A stretch of DNA of 64,000 nucleotides from Octopus sinensis (taxonomy: Eukaryota), in assembly GCF_006345805.1 (NCBI RefSeq), contig NC_043001.1, positions 89,156,001-89,220,000 of the forward strand, read 5' to 3'. The translations under genes were made by a program, and so were the position numbers. Under the pieces are notes generated by a model that was given only the letters and a program-made list of their open reading frames with translations, did not search any database and had not been told where the DNA came from. Shown here piece by piece: positions 36,591 to 49,032 of the stretch; the stretch's first letter is position 1; every line of letters begins with the position of its first letter.

Positions 36591-37754
36591 TAGTTGTTAT
36601 TGTTCCCAATGTTAACCTAACATCAAAGATATTTTCAACCGCAATTGTAAAGGCATCTAGGATTGCATTATTTAATGCACTCTTTCCTTATAAAACACTA
36701 CAGAATATCATTAGAGGGGAAACTTGACTGCTATTTTTACCAGGGTTGGCAACCATAGTCCTTTAATGCCATAGCAACGGAGTTTCATGTTTTACCTGGA
36801 ATTTATTAGATTTGTTTCTTGTTGCTTTCATTGAAACATTTCTCTTTGTAGTGAAAGTATTTATAATACAAGTAGGTGACTGTTTAGAGAATGTATTGTG
36901 TATATATTAGCAGGTGGGTGTATAAAATATGTGTTGTGTAAGACGTGTTATATAGTTTTGCAAGGTGAGTGTATAAAATATATGTCATCTAAGTAGTGTT
37001 ATATAGTATTGATAGGTAAGTATCCTCATTATCATCATCAACATTTAACATCCATTTTTCATACTGGCATGGGTTGGATGGCTTGATAGGAACTGGCAAA
37101 GCCAGGGTCCACACTAGGTTCCTTAGTCTGTTTTAACTTGGTTTCTATAGCTAGATGCCCTTCCTAACACCAACCACAATACAGAGTGTACTGGGTGTTT
37201 TTTACGTGGCGCCAGCACCTACACCAATGATTTTTTACTTGACACCTCGGTTTTAGAATCTCAGTTCTGTTGTGGTGGGCAGGTTATGTAAGTAGTGTTA
37301 TATAATATCAGAAGGTGCATAAAATATCTTCTGTGAAAGTAATGCCATAATATTGTTTTGGTCATGAGGAAATATTAACTTGTTTAGAAACAAGTAAGAG
37401 TTGGGTGACAGGAAGAGCATCTGGCCATAGAAAAATCTACCTCAGCAAATGTTCATCTGATCCATGAAAGCATGGAAAATAGTGCTCATTTTCCAATATG
37501 TGGTTATTTTTTTAAGATGGTACAATGTAATTTCTGAGATTTTTGGCTGTGTTAATATGAGAGGCTTGCCACCCATCAAGTATGGTGTTTTCATTCTTAT
37601 TTGTGTCAGTCTTTGATTTTCCATATTCCATGAATGTTCAATCATCTTCCCTCTTGGGAATTCAGAAATAGTTGGATGATAAAAATGTTGTGTTATGTTG
37701 ATGGGTTCTAGGTAAAGATTTTCTAAAATCCATAATCATCAGGATAAAAGATAA

Positions 37755-37978
37755 AGACCCTTCCTTAAGGGCCAGTTTATTGGTTTCTATGACATGTATA
37801 TTCCCTACCTGGACAGAACGCTAGTCCATTGCAGGATTACACATTTTTGCCAGTCAAGTGGACTAGGCATGAAATGAAGTGTTTTTCTCAAGAACACAAC
37901 GCATAACCCAGTCCCAGAATCAAAATTACATTCTTACAATCATGACTTCAACACCCTAACCACTAAACCACACACTTC
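37755..37978 (-). mobile_element. SINE, family D
   Basis: Reverse complement aligns to 44609-44861. Confidence 0.75.
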
Positions 37979-38170
37979 CATCCATAATCATAAGTTCAAC
38001 AAATATATATATATATAATATATATATATATACACACACACACATACACACATACACACAATAAAATGTAAAAATGTTCTGCTCAAATATGTCCTTCAGT
38101 GCTTGAATGGATTTGAACTTAGAATCTATGCACTGGTAGATGAATATATTATCTACTCAGTCTTTTCACT

Positions 38171-38214
<44 letters not shown>

Positions 38215-38217
38215 ATA

Positions 38218-38448
38218 TCACTTTGATCACCTTGACCGACCAGTCCGTCGGGCGTCCATTTGACACCGCTGGTCACAGCACACTGTCCACTCCTCACTGG
38301 ATCGCGCCTTTCTCATCCACGTGATCCCAATCGTCCTCCAGAAATCATGACTCCAGCGTCGTGGAGGCCTTCCCAGTGGTCGTTTCCACTAATGCAGGTA
38401 CCACTCAACAACTGCGTGGGTCCACCGACAACTGCGCGGGTCCACCGA
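38218..38448. mobile_element. CpG-rich short element inserted in (TA)n
   Basis: GC-rich island between TA arrays; ends in a 20-nt tandem duplication caactgcg(t/c)gggtccaccga. Confidence 0.55.
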
Positions 38449-38480
38449 TTATATATATATGTAATATGTATGTATATATA

Positions 38481-38522
<42 letters not shown>

Positions 38523-38535
38523 GTATATATATATA

Positions 38536-38576
<41 letters not shown>

Positions 38577-38984
38577 CACACACACACACAGATGTAACCC
38601 AAATTTACTGCAATAAAGACAGATTGGTTCCTCTTGAATTCTTTGTAAACTCTTAAAAATATCTCCTGTGTATATATATATACTACCAAACAAACTTGAT
38701 TTTTATTGAACTCCTTATACTTTTTGTTGAATATTTTCTTGTAAACTGTTTTTAACATTTTCTTATTATTATCAAAGAATGTATATATGTATTTTAATAC
38801 TTTTGTGACAACTAGTACTTAACACAACAAAGCTCTACATTTTACTTTTGACAATCTTTTTCTAAAAAAGTGAAACCGGTCAAGTGAATAAACATCTTTA
38901 AAATTGCATTTTCAAACCTTCTTTCATATATATTTCCACTCGTGTGGTTCCTTACAACTTCACTTTGTTATATATCAATGGAAT

Positions 38985-39375
38985 TTGTAGCTGTGATACC
39001 AGTGCCGGTGGTACGTAAGAGAACCATCTGAGCGTGGCCGTAGCCAGCGCCGCCCGACTGGCTTCTGTGCCGGTGGCACGTAAAAAGCACCATTCGACCA
39101 TGGCCGTTGCCAGCTTCGTCTGGTCCCCGTGCTGATGGCATGTAAAAAGCACTATCCGATTGTGGCTGTCTGCCAGCCCCGTCTGGCACCTGTGCTGGTG
39201 GCACGTAAAAAGCACCCACTACACTCACGGAGTGGTTGGCGTTAGGAAGGGCATCCAGCTGTAGAAACACTGCCAGATCAGACTGGGCCTGGTGCAGCCT
39301 TCTGGCTTCCCAGACCCCAGTTGAACCGTCCAACCCATACCAGCATGGAAAGCGGACGTTAAATGATGATGATGA
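38985..39375 (+). mobile_element. Family C element with four tandem internal units and (GAT)n tail
   Basis: Units containing 'gtgccggtggcacgtaaaaagcacc' precede the shared RTE-type tail. Confidence 0.85.
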
Positions 39376-39499
39376 TATATACAAACATATATGTAAATAC
39401 ATAGTGAAAATAATAGAAATGAAACTAATATATATACACATAGTGAAAGTATTAAAACTGAGAGTATTATCTCACATTACAATAGAGATGTTATTGTTT

Positions 39500-39710
39500 C
39501 ACTTTTGACACGTAATACTGAAATAGTGTAAGAGATAAGATATTGCTCTGGGCTAACATTAGGCCAGAAGTTCAAAATTTTTTGGGCCCATAACAGTGCA
39601 TGGACCGTAAGTAAAGCATGTGTAAAATTTGAATGAAATCGGTTGGGTAGTTCTTGAATTTCAGTGATGCATACACACACATGCATTCTCAGTTTTATAT
39701 ATATATGTAT
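39500..39710 (+). mobile_element. Possible Helentron/HINE-type remnant
   Basis: 'aaaatttgaatgaaatcggttgggtagttcttga..catacacacacatgcattctcagttttatatata' resembles HINE/DINE-1 ends; recall-based. Confidence 0.35.
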
Positions 39711-40197
39711 ATCTTGAAGAGCATAAGGAATAAAAAAAGTAAATTATTTAGCTTTTTTTCTCAGTCTAATTACCAGTAGTTTTACGTGTTGCATTTTAGT
39801 AAGACATGGTAAATCTAACTTGGTAACATATGTAGTCAGGATTTGCCTTTTCTATTTCTTACACTCTTAAATTCATATTCACCATAATTAGCAATTTTCA
39901 TTGCTAAACTGTGAGTTGTATGGAGGCAGTTAAAGAAATTTCCATGTTTCAATATGGAATGAAGTGTATAACCTACGATGGTTAATAAACTTTGTTGATC
40001 ATTTATACTCTGTTTTTTGTCATCCATACAATCCATGTACATGCTTGGTACTTACTAACATTCTATAGTAATATCTTTTCATATTATGCTACTCTATCAC
40101 CACTCTCTTTCTTTCTCTCTCTCTCTCTCTCTCTCGCTCTCACACACACACACACATATCGACATATGCATACATACACACACATATATATATACAT

Positions 40198-40415
40198 AAT
40201 TATAAACAAGGGCAAAAGAAAAAAGATTTCCATGCCAATATGCTAAGAATAGACTTTAAATCGTCAATCACCACATTACAATATACATTCACCATGAATA
40301 CACGTTGTGCTGAAATCGAGGAAGGCAAGCTAACAGAATTGGTGATTGATGATTTAAAGTCTATTCTCAGCATATTGGCATAGAAATCTTTTTTCTTTTG
40401 CCTTTGTTTATAATT
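40198..40415. repeat. Inverted repeat, 76-bp arms and 66-nt spacer
   Basis: 40198-40273 vs 40340-40415, 4 mismatches by manual comparison. Confidence 0.92.
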
Positions 40416-40561
40416 GTTTATAATTTTCACCTTTAAAGGTATTTTAATATGCTGCCACTTTGATGAAATTTTCTTTGGAAAAAATTTTATCTTATATTAG
40501 AAGTATATATTAATATATTAATATATAATATATTAATATCATTTCAGCATAAAGCAACAGA

Positions 40562-40744
40562 ATGGAAAGAAAGATTAAAAGCAGTAGTATTCCATTAGCG
40601 AATTTTGACCCACAAATTGTGGTAAAACTTCACAAAAATGTGGAAACTGAGGCTGCGAACTGGTTTATTGACAAACTGCAAATGGATCGGAAATTTGGTG
40701 GTGGAAATTTGATTGTAAAATCTGTTATCAATGAAAAGAAGGAG
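40562..40744 (+). CDS. ANO10: First coding exon of an anoctamin-10 (TMEM16K)-like gene, 61 aa, phase-0 donor
   Basis: MERKIKSSSIPLANFDPQIVVKLHKNVETEAANWFIDKLQMDRKFGGGNLIVKSVINEKKE aligns by eye to the recalled human ANO10 N-terminus ([44 protein letters not shown]). Acceptor tttcAG at 40546-40547, consensus donor GAG|GTAAGT at 40744/40745, non-repetitive sequence. Later exons not found. Confidence 0.78.
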
Positions 40745-40922
40745 GTAAGTGAAAATACCACAACATTATTGCAGTGTCTTTTCTCCTTAATCAGCTATTT
40801 TCTCCTCTTATCTAAAAACGATATGTGTTGATATAAAGTTTACTTGGTAATCTTGTGGTTTTGTGTCCTATTTTACTGAGAGAAGCCTATTGTATATATA
40901 TATGTATACAAATATATATACA

Positions 40923-40953
<31 letters not shown>

Positions 40954-40955
40954 GG

Positions 40956-41015
<60 letters not shown>

Positions 41016-41103
41016 GAGGGAATATTATTCCAAACTTACAGGGAAAAATAAAATTTGGAAATACTAAATCAAATTTCACAAAGTATAATATATATATATA
41101 TAT

Positions 41104-41396
41104 ATTAGAAAAAAACCACACCTTTTATCAATTCAATAATGAAAAATTAAATTATACAATCTAGAAAATTACATATAGAAATATTAAATATAAGATAAAA
41201 CATATAACGATGATTAAGTAATGTGCAAAATAATAAATAAACCAAATATATACGTTTTATTTATTATTTTGCACATTGCTTAATCATGGTTATATGTTTT
41301 ATCTTATATTTAATATTTCTATAATATGTAATTTTCTAGATGGTATAATTTAATTTTTCATCATTGAATTGATAAAAGGTGGGTTTTTTTTCTAAT
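41104..41396. repeat. TA-flanked fold-back palindrome, about 140-bp arms
   Basis: Arms about 41104-41243 and 41254-41396 around a roughly 10-nt centre. Confidence 0.92.
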
Positions 41397-41485
41397 TTAT
41401 ATATATATAATGGGTAATAAAACAAATGGTTTACACCTGGTAGCTTACTGGTAAAGAATGGTCACATTCACAGTGATTGTTAGGT

Positions 41486-42070
41486 ATATGGCAAATGAAA
41501 GATGGAAGATGGAATATATGAGAATTTATTATTGATCACAACAATTGTTTCGACACATCTATCATCGATTCTTCATGGGTGGGACACTCAACAACTGGTT
41601 CAGAAGTATCCAGTGGTGCAGATGTGTCTCGTCAGGTGATAAATAAATACAACTCATTAAAATAACTGTTCCGCAATGTAACTTCCCATTTTGTAGAAAG
41701 AAAAGCAGCCAGATGGAGGAAAGATCAAAAATAAAATCACAGATGGCAAAAAGAGAAACAAACATGCAATCCAGCAAGAAAAGTATTTTCGTCATCTGTG
41801 ATTTTATTTTTGATCTTCTATATAAATGAAGATATTTCCTCTGTCTGGTGCTATTTTTTCTACAAAATGAGAAGTTACATTACGGAACAGTTATTGTAAC
41901 GAATTGTATTTATTTATCACCTGATGAGATACATCTGCACCACTGGATGCTCTTGAGCCAATTATTGAGTGTCCCACCCATGAGGAATCGATGATAGATG
42001 TGTCGAAACAATTGTCGCGATTAATGATAAATTCTCATATATTCCATCTTCTGTCTTTCATTTGCCATAT
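41486..42070. repeat. Long fold-back palindrome, about 270-bp arms
   Basis: 'atatggcaaatgaaaga' ... 'tctttcatttgccatat'; arms colinear with scattered mismatches and one indel; centre about 41750-41790. Confidence 0.92.
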
Positions 42071-42084
42071 ATTTCAAGAGTGTC

Positions 42085-42240
42085 TGTGTGGTAAGTAGCT
42101 TGCTTATCAACCACATAGTTCCGGGTTCAGTCCCACTGCATGGCACCTTGGGCAAGTGTCTTCTACTATAGCCTCAGGCCAACCAAAGCCTTGTGAATGA
42201 ATTTGGTAGATGGAAACTGAAAGAAGCCCGTCATATATGT
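42085..42240 (+). mobile_element. 5' half of a family B SINE
   Basis: Head and central domain present, tail absent. Confidence 0.85.
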
Positions 42241-42459
42241 GTGTTCCTCTCCTCCAACTAATGCGAACCATCAAAATTGTTGATGGCCCATCTGGTGTAT
42301 GAGGGAATTTTACACTGCTGCCCTCAACTATGTCACGTTGAGCCATTGGTTTGTTTGGTATTGAGAATAGGAGAGTGTCCAGTTTCTTTTTCAAGACGTC
42401 CATATGTATATACATTATTTACATTTGACGGATATTTGTCCTCATCTTCTTTGTTGCTA

Positions 42460-42503
42460 ACACAACATTTCAGCTGATATACCCTCCAGCCTTCAACAGG
42501 TGT
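42460..42503 (-). ncRNA. Degenerate minimal type-I hammerhead in a second Penelope-like repeat
   Basis: Minus strand ACAC-CUGUUGA-A-GGCUG(GAGGGUAUAU)CAGCU-GAA-AUGU-U-GUGU has the same architecture as 33276-33310 with different stems. Confidence 0.55.
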
Positions 42504-43654
42504 CTTGGGGAAATTTCGAACCTCATCAGCTTGGACTTCTTAATTTATCTATGTATTTATGCAATTATCCGACTTTGATTTGGGCACCAAGTTGCACCAT
42601 TATATGTGTATATATGTTTTTTTATGTTATGTGTCCGCATGCTTATAATGGCTTATTTATGCCCTCTGTGTTTGATTTGTGTTGGTTTTGATGAGGAGTA
42701 TTATTGACCTTGGAACTTGTCGATTTCAAATTAATACTTTAATTTAATTACTCAATAAATTGAGTCCTATGCTGTTGTTTCTTGAAAAGAGTTTACCTCT
42801 ATAATTTTTCGTTATCTATACACACACACATATTTATATTTATATATATATATTTATAATATATTTACTTATACATTTGTACATATATGTAAATACATGT
42901 ACATCTATATGCATACATATATACTAACATATGCACATATTTATGCATATATGCATGTATGTGTGTGTGTATATATATATACTAACATATGCACATATTT
43001 ATGCATGTATATGTGTATGTGTGTGTATATATATACATATATGCATAATATATATATATATACATACATACATATATACATATATATGTGTGTGTGTGTG
43101 TGTGTGTACTATTAAATATGTTTTATATCCTTGACAAATGTTGGATATATATGATTTAACAAAGTGGAAGTAAAATTAATGTGTTTCTATGACGTACTTT
43201 GTGAGACTCCAAAACGCCCTCTCAACAACTTCTACTGACCCTCATCTCAACCAATGCACTACTCTTTATAAGAGTTTGAATAGTCCATTCTTCCAATCCC
43301 CCAGGGGTGTCAATGACTCTCACCACAACAATATGCAAGGTCAGACGTCTGTGTCTCCTTTATTCTCATACACAAATTGTGCTCTAAACTAATAGTTAAG
43401 GAGAAATAAAACACTGCTTCCATTTTATAATTTGATACTTTTTCTCTCCTCTGTGCATATGTATATGAATGAATGTGTTGTAACTGTGTGGGGTTGTGGA
43501 TATGTAACTTTATATCTGTCATGTATGTGTGTAGTTATTCACATATGATGTGCATGTCTGTGTGTATGAGGGAGAGAGAGGGGGGAGAAGTATGTATCTG
43601 TGCATATCTAAGAGTACATAAGTTTTTATGCAATTAAGTGAGGCAAGTGAAATT

Positions 43655-44080
43655 GAAATCAAATTTGATGACTGGCATCCATGCTAGTGGAGCACTAAGA
43701 GCACCATCCGAGCATAATCGTTGCCAGAGCAGCTAACTGGTATCCGTGCCAGTGGCACGTAAAAAGCACCATTTGAGCGTGATCGTTACCAGCATCGCCT
43801 TACTGGCACTTGTGCCGGTGTGCAGGTGGCACGTAAAAAAAACACCATTTGGGTGTGGCCGTTGCCAGTACTGCCTGACTAGCCCTCGTGCTGGTGGCAC
43901 GTAAAAGCACTCACTACACTCTCGGAGTGGTTGGCATTAGGAAGGGCATCCAGCTGTAGAAAGTCTGCCAGATCAAGATTGGAGCCTGATGCAGCCATCT
44001 AGTTCGCCAGTCCTCAGTCAAATCGTCCAACCCATGCTAGCATGGAAAGCAGACATTAAACGATGATCATCATCATCATT
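43655..44080 (+). mobile_element. Family C element with 4-5 internal units
   Basis: Repeated 'gtggcacgtaaaaagcacc' then the shared tail. Confidence 0.85.
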
Positions 44081-44229
44081 GATGAGTACATGAGAGATAA
44101 AACTTGCCTTGTACAGAAACTAGTCACAGCATTTTATCAAATACCTAGGAGAATCCTCAAAGGAAGTAGTAGATAGCTTCTGTTACCTAAATTACCTAAT
44201 GAGTAGTGGATAAAAATGTTGTGAAAATA

Positions 44230-45010
44230 TAGTTGCTAGAATATGAACAAACTGAGGGGAAATTTCAGAGAGTTATTACCTCTGTTGGTACCAAGTAGCC
44301 TATCTCGCAGAGTGACAGGCAGATTGTATGATGCTTGTGTATGGACAGCAATGCTACATGGTGATGAAACATGGACTATGAATGCAGAGGACATGTGAAA
44401 ACTATAAAGAAATGAAGCTAGCATGTTTCACTGGATGTACAATGCCAGTGTGCATATACAACAAAGTGCAAATGTGGTGAGAGAAAAATTGGGTATAAGA
44501 GACATTAATTGTAATGTATGAGAAAGAAGACTACACTAGTTTGGTCATGTGATGTTTATGGGTGAGGACAGATGCATTAAAAAATATTTATCGCTAGATG
44601 TTGATGGAGTGGAGGTGCATGGCTTAGTGGTTAGGGTGTTGAACTCATGATTGTAAGGTTGTTGTTTCAATTCCTGGACCGGGCGATGCATTGTGTTCTT
44701 GGGTAAAACACTTCATTTTCACATTGCTCCAGTCCACTCAGCTGGCAAAAATGAGTAATCCTGCGACGGACTGGTGTCCCATCCAGGTGGGGAATTTCTA
44801 TGCCACTGAAACCAGGAAACTAACCCTTATGAGCCTGGCATGGCTCGAGAAGGAACATTTAAGATGTTGATGGAACTTGTGGAAGGAGAGTCAGGTAGAC
44901 ATGTGACAAAGTAGTGAAGATCAACCTTGGGTTGATGAGCTTTGTGGAGGAGATAACAAAAGATCAAGCTGATTGGTAATTTGTCATGCTCAAGAAGACT
45001 CATGCATTTC
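44230..45010 (+). mobile_element. RTE C-terminal fragment interrupted by a SINE
   Basis: 'KFQRVITS/RVTGRLYDACVWTAMLHGDETW' motifs; colinear with 16135-16420. Confidence 0.75.
44609..44861 (+). mobile_element. Full-length family D SINE with a 13-bp TSD
   Basis: agatgttgatgga at 44596-44608 and 44862-44874; tRNA-like head 'gtggaggtgcatggcttagtggttagggtg'. Confidence 0.88.
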
Positions 45011-46509
45011 AGCAAAAATGCAATCCTAGAAGCACATCATTAATATCTATACACCACACTCTATCTGAACCTATCAAACTTTCCACACAACTCATCTTCA
45101 TAACTCCCAACCTTCCTTTGCCTTTCTATTGTACTATTTCCTCAGATGCTATAAAAATATAAGAGCAAAACTGCATATATTCCTTCCCCACTTTTCTGCT
45201 ACCAGTGAACTGTGTCTTTGGAACTGCTTCCCTTGTCACCTATTCTGCACTCTCAACATCATTCCTTACCACTTTATTTTCTGTTGCATGCTCATTTCTC
45301 CTAAACATCCTCTCATATCTGCCATCAACACCCCACCCACCTTTTTTCCAGCTAACTATATCCATCTCTAAGTGCCTATGATCTCCATCTTTGCTACTTT
45401 GCATCTTCTCTCTCTCCTATATTTTACATTACATCATCCTCCTATTCTTATCTGTCCACAGTTTTATTATGCTTTGCCACTATCATCAACCCCTACTATG
45501 TGACTCACTTATCTTTCACCAAACTAAGATTTGCTATTTATTATGCCTCCATGTTCACCATTCACTTCTTCACTGCATTCACTTTTATCTCCATCTATCA
45601 CCCTCCTTGCATATATTCAAGAACCTACCAACCAGCCAGACTTGATTCTGTCCCTATTCTCTCTTTATCCACCTTCATGTAGCTTGAAGTATGCCCTGAT
45701 ACTTTATCTTCCCCGTCTTTTCTTCTTTCCCGGCTGGAGTAACAATGTATCTCCTCTACAGCAAATATGTCCTTCTACCATGCTCTCAACTCTTGTTACA
45801 AACCCACCTCTCTCATTACTGTGGCACATCAAGATGTCTTGTCTTGCAAATTACTTAGTGACTTCATTCATGGCAATGTCACAAAAAAATAATAACTCAG
45901 TTCTCTCTGTAAAGTGGTTGGCAGTGGACAAGCAAAAGAAGGTTGCACTCAACACATTTGGTGGCAGTTGAATATATTTTTAAAAACAGTTTGACTTACC
46001 TCTGTATGACTTAAAGCTTCATGGGCACATAGGATGCATCCGTCTCATTAGATATTAGACCCAAGTATTCACTTATTTTATCGACCTCAAAGGAATGTAA
46101 GGCAAAACCAGCCTCAGTAGAATTTGAACTCAGAATGTAAAGATGAACAAAATTCCACTAAGCATTTTCCCTGGTGTGCTAACGACTCTGTCAGTAGCAT
46201 CACACTACATTCTCATTAACTTGGTAAATAGATGGTTTTCACAAAGGTCACTAGTATCCTTAACACTATTAATGTGGAAATCAGTCATACTCACTCAAAA
46301 TTTTATTACTGCAAACAGTACAAAGCAGTTTTATATACCAGTTTATCTTTTGTTGAGATATTTCCCATTAGAACTATCTTTTGTGAGTTATGTCTCATGT
46401 TTATTATGAGGTGATAGGACTTGCAGAAAATAGCAATTCTATTTTTTGATGGATAACTAACATCATTAGGGGGAATGACCTTGGAATTTAATCATACAAT
46501 CAATGAGTT

Positions 46510-46725
46510 AAACCTAACAGTATATTTGACTAGATCCTTATTAACTTGGTTAATGAATGTTTAATACAATGTTCAGCAGTATAATTAAATGTAACATCAT
46601 ATCTGCCTAAAACCAACAACTTGATTAATGAATGTTTGTCACAATGGTCAGCAGTATCATTAAATCTAACAATGTATTTGAGTAGATCCTCCTTAACTTG
46701 ATTCATGAATGTCTTTTTCACAATA
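46510..46725. repeat. Decayed minisatellite, about 77-bp unit, 3 copies
   Basis: Repeated 'taaa.ctaaca..atatttga.tagatcc..aacttg.ttaatgaatgttt..acaatg.tcagcagtat'. Confidence 0.7.
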
Positions 46726-47966
46726 TTTCTCCAACATGATACAGTTCTGTGAACTCAATTTTTGTGATTCAGCAGAGTAGCCAGTGGTACATTTGGTCTT
46801 CTCAAAATGTCCCATAAATATTAATTTTTCTATTGTAAAATATTATCAACTGAAAGTCTGTATTCCTTCATCAATAATCCATTCATTATTTTATTCTTAA
46901 AGGTCATCAAGCTGGCAGAATCATTATCATGCCAGACAGAATTCTTAGTGGCATTTCTTCCGGTTTTACACTCTGAGTTCAAATTCTACCATTGTCGACT
47001 TTGCCCCTCATCCTTTCTGAAGACGATAAAATAAGCACCACAGTTGAGCATTGAGGCCAGTGTAACTGACTAATATCCTCCCTCAAAATTTCAGGAATTA
47101 TGATTATAGTGAAAACAGTTATTTTACTCTTGAGAAGTACTTGTGAAACAATGGGAGTACAGCAGACAGATGTGCCTGTTAGAAATCTTTATTTATTCTT
47201 TCAAGAAAATTAATTCCAATTACAAAACATAAAAAAGAGTAAATGTCAAACATTTATTTTTTCAGTTAATGTTTCTGTTATTGTCCATTCCCTACAACTA
47301 TCAGAACTGTTTCATAACAACCCTTATAGAGTAAAATTTTAATTCTTTCTCTGATGGAATGATCTCAAATAAATTAGAATTTGCATGCTGCCAGCCATGT
47401 GCATCTGCCTCTTGCTCCTCCTCCTCCTCATCATCATCATCATCATCTACATCGTCATCATCAACATCATCATAGTCATAATCATATCACATCCACTTTC
47501 CATGCTGGCATTGGATGGACAGGTTGACACAGTGTGGTGGTCATATGTACCCATTTGGCTCGGCTTCCATGGCTGGATGTTCTTATCACCTGCTGTTTTA
47601 CAGAATTTACTGGCTGCATTTTTTTAGTGACACATGTGTGGCAAGACTATACTTTCTCCTTTCATTTGCCAATCACTCTAGAAGAGTGTGCCATATTATA
47701 GCCAAAGAAGCAAAATCAGCAACAATGGGGAGTTGAGCTCTTAAAATGCCATATATGATAGTGGGGTTTACAATGCCAATAAACATTATTTTTCTTGTTC
47801 ATTAATTTTTAGATCCACTTCTATAAATGTAATTTCAAAACTTAACAGTTGTATTTGAAGTACCATGGAGTTATTTAAAATTGATGCACGTGTATACAAA
47901 CATAGCATACACTTACACTCATACATACACATAAACATTCAAAATTCTGTGCAGTACAGTCTCTCT

Positions 47967-48007
<41 letters not shown>

Positions 48008-49032
48008 CTATCTCTATCTCTTTCTCTCCCTCTCCATACACACATAAGCCCATTTTAGTGAACTACATACTACAAATTTTCTCTAGCTCACCGCTCTCCC
48101 TCTCCTTTGCTGACTCTTTCTCTTTCTCACTACATGCACATAGTCATACACACACACACAACATATATACACACTGTACTGCACAACTTTATATCTAAAT
48201 GCTGACACAACACAGTAAGATGAGAAATCAAAATAACTAAGCAACTTTTGCAAATGAATAAGAAAAACAAATCATTTGATCCTGGAATGGTTAGATTTGT
48301 ATCTACGTTCATACATTCTTGACATATTAGAGGTAATGTAATAATTTAGCTGACAAGTGACATCATAACTTAGGTGTAATTATTATATCAAGACACCATA
48401 GACAATGTTTAAACAATTATTCAGTTGACTGGCCTGGGAGCCTGGGAGTTACACACAGTATAGAGTGAGGCATTGTTATTTTTAACTGGAAAATTTGAAA
48501 ATGATAGTTTGAGTTGAAAGTTTGACCTTCTTTGACTGTATGTCATTGAACTGTCCTTTGTAAGTTTATACTTCAGTTTTACTTATACATACAACGGTCT
48601 ATAGATGTCCTCTATCTCTTGTATTTTTTTAACCATATTAGTGTCCAGAAGGCATCTGATTTCCACAACAGAACATATCTTTTCCTTGTGGTCTTACACA
48701 ACAATATCTGGCTGGTTGTGTTTTATCTTGGAGGCTGTTTTAATTTTTAAGTTGTACATGTGTATATATGTGTGTGTGTGTGTGTGTGTTCTTGTTGTGA
48801 CTTCATGTGATGATTGTAAATAAACATCACAGTCATGCGAGCAATATCCTTCATTTCCAGTCTTCCTTGTAAACTGGTCAGGCCATAGCCATACCCTTGA
48901 GAAAATATTGCCTTGTTAAGAAACAAATCAGGGTTGGCAACCTGAAAGGTTGTGGAAAAATCTGCCTCAACAAATTTCATCTGAATGTTAAATGATGAAG
49001 ATGATGTTCTTTCATACACACACACACATATA

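Noticed and set aside
36314-36727. Gly/Ser-rich 137-aa ORF resembling a structural protein
   Set aside because: Starts at TTG in the supplied track, is open in several frames as expected for a trinucleotide array, and has no splice context.
28678-39215. Regularly spaced repeats at 28678-29095 and 38985-39215 resembling CRISPR arrays
   Set aside because: Units are degenerate along their whole length with no unique spacers, there are no cas genes, and the context is eukaryotic.
41985-42030. Hammerhead-like right half (GAAAC-AAUUG-UC) inside the long palindrome
   Set aside because: No CUGANGA box and no clean stem II; kept only as weak support for a Penelope-like origin.
42506-42531. Minus-strand CUGAUGA-GGUUC-GAAA
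   Set aside because: Stem II is a single pair and stems I and III do not form; likely chance.
44609-44690. tRNA-like heads of SINE families B, D and E as tRNA genes
   Set aside because: A/B boxes run into SINE bodies and no complete cloverleaf forms.
45050-45900. Pyrimidine-rich tract with several ORFs (similar tract at 58950-59330, minus)
   Set aside because: Only faint resemblance to CR1/L2 3' ends (FFP..S..W); too decayed to assign and not gene-like.
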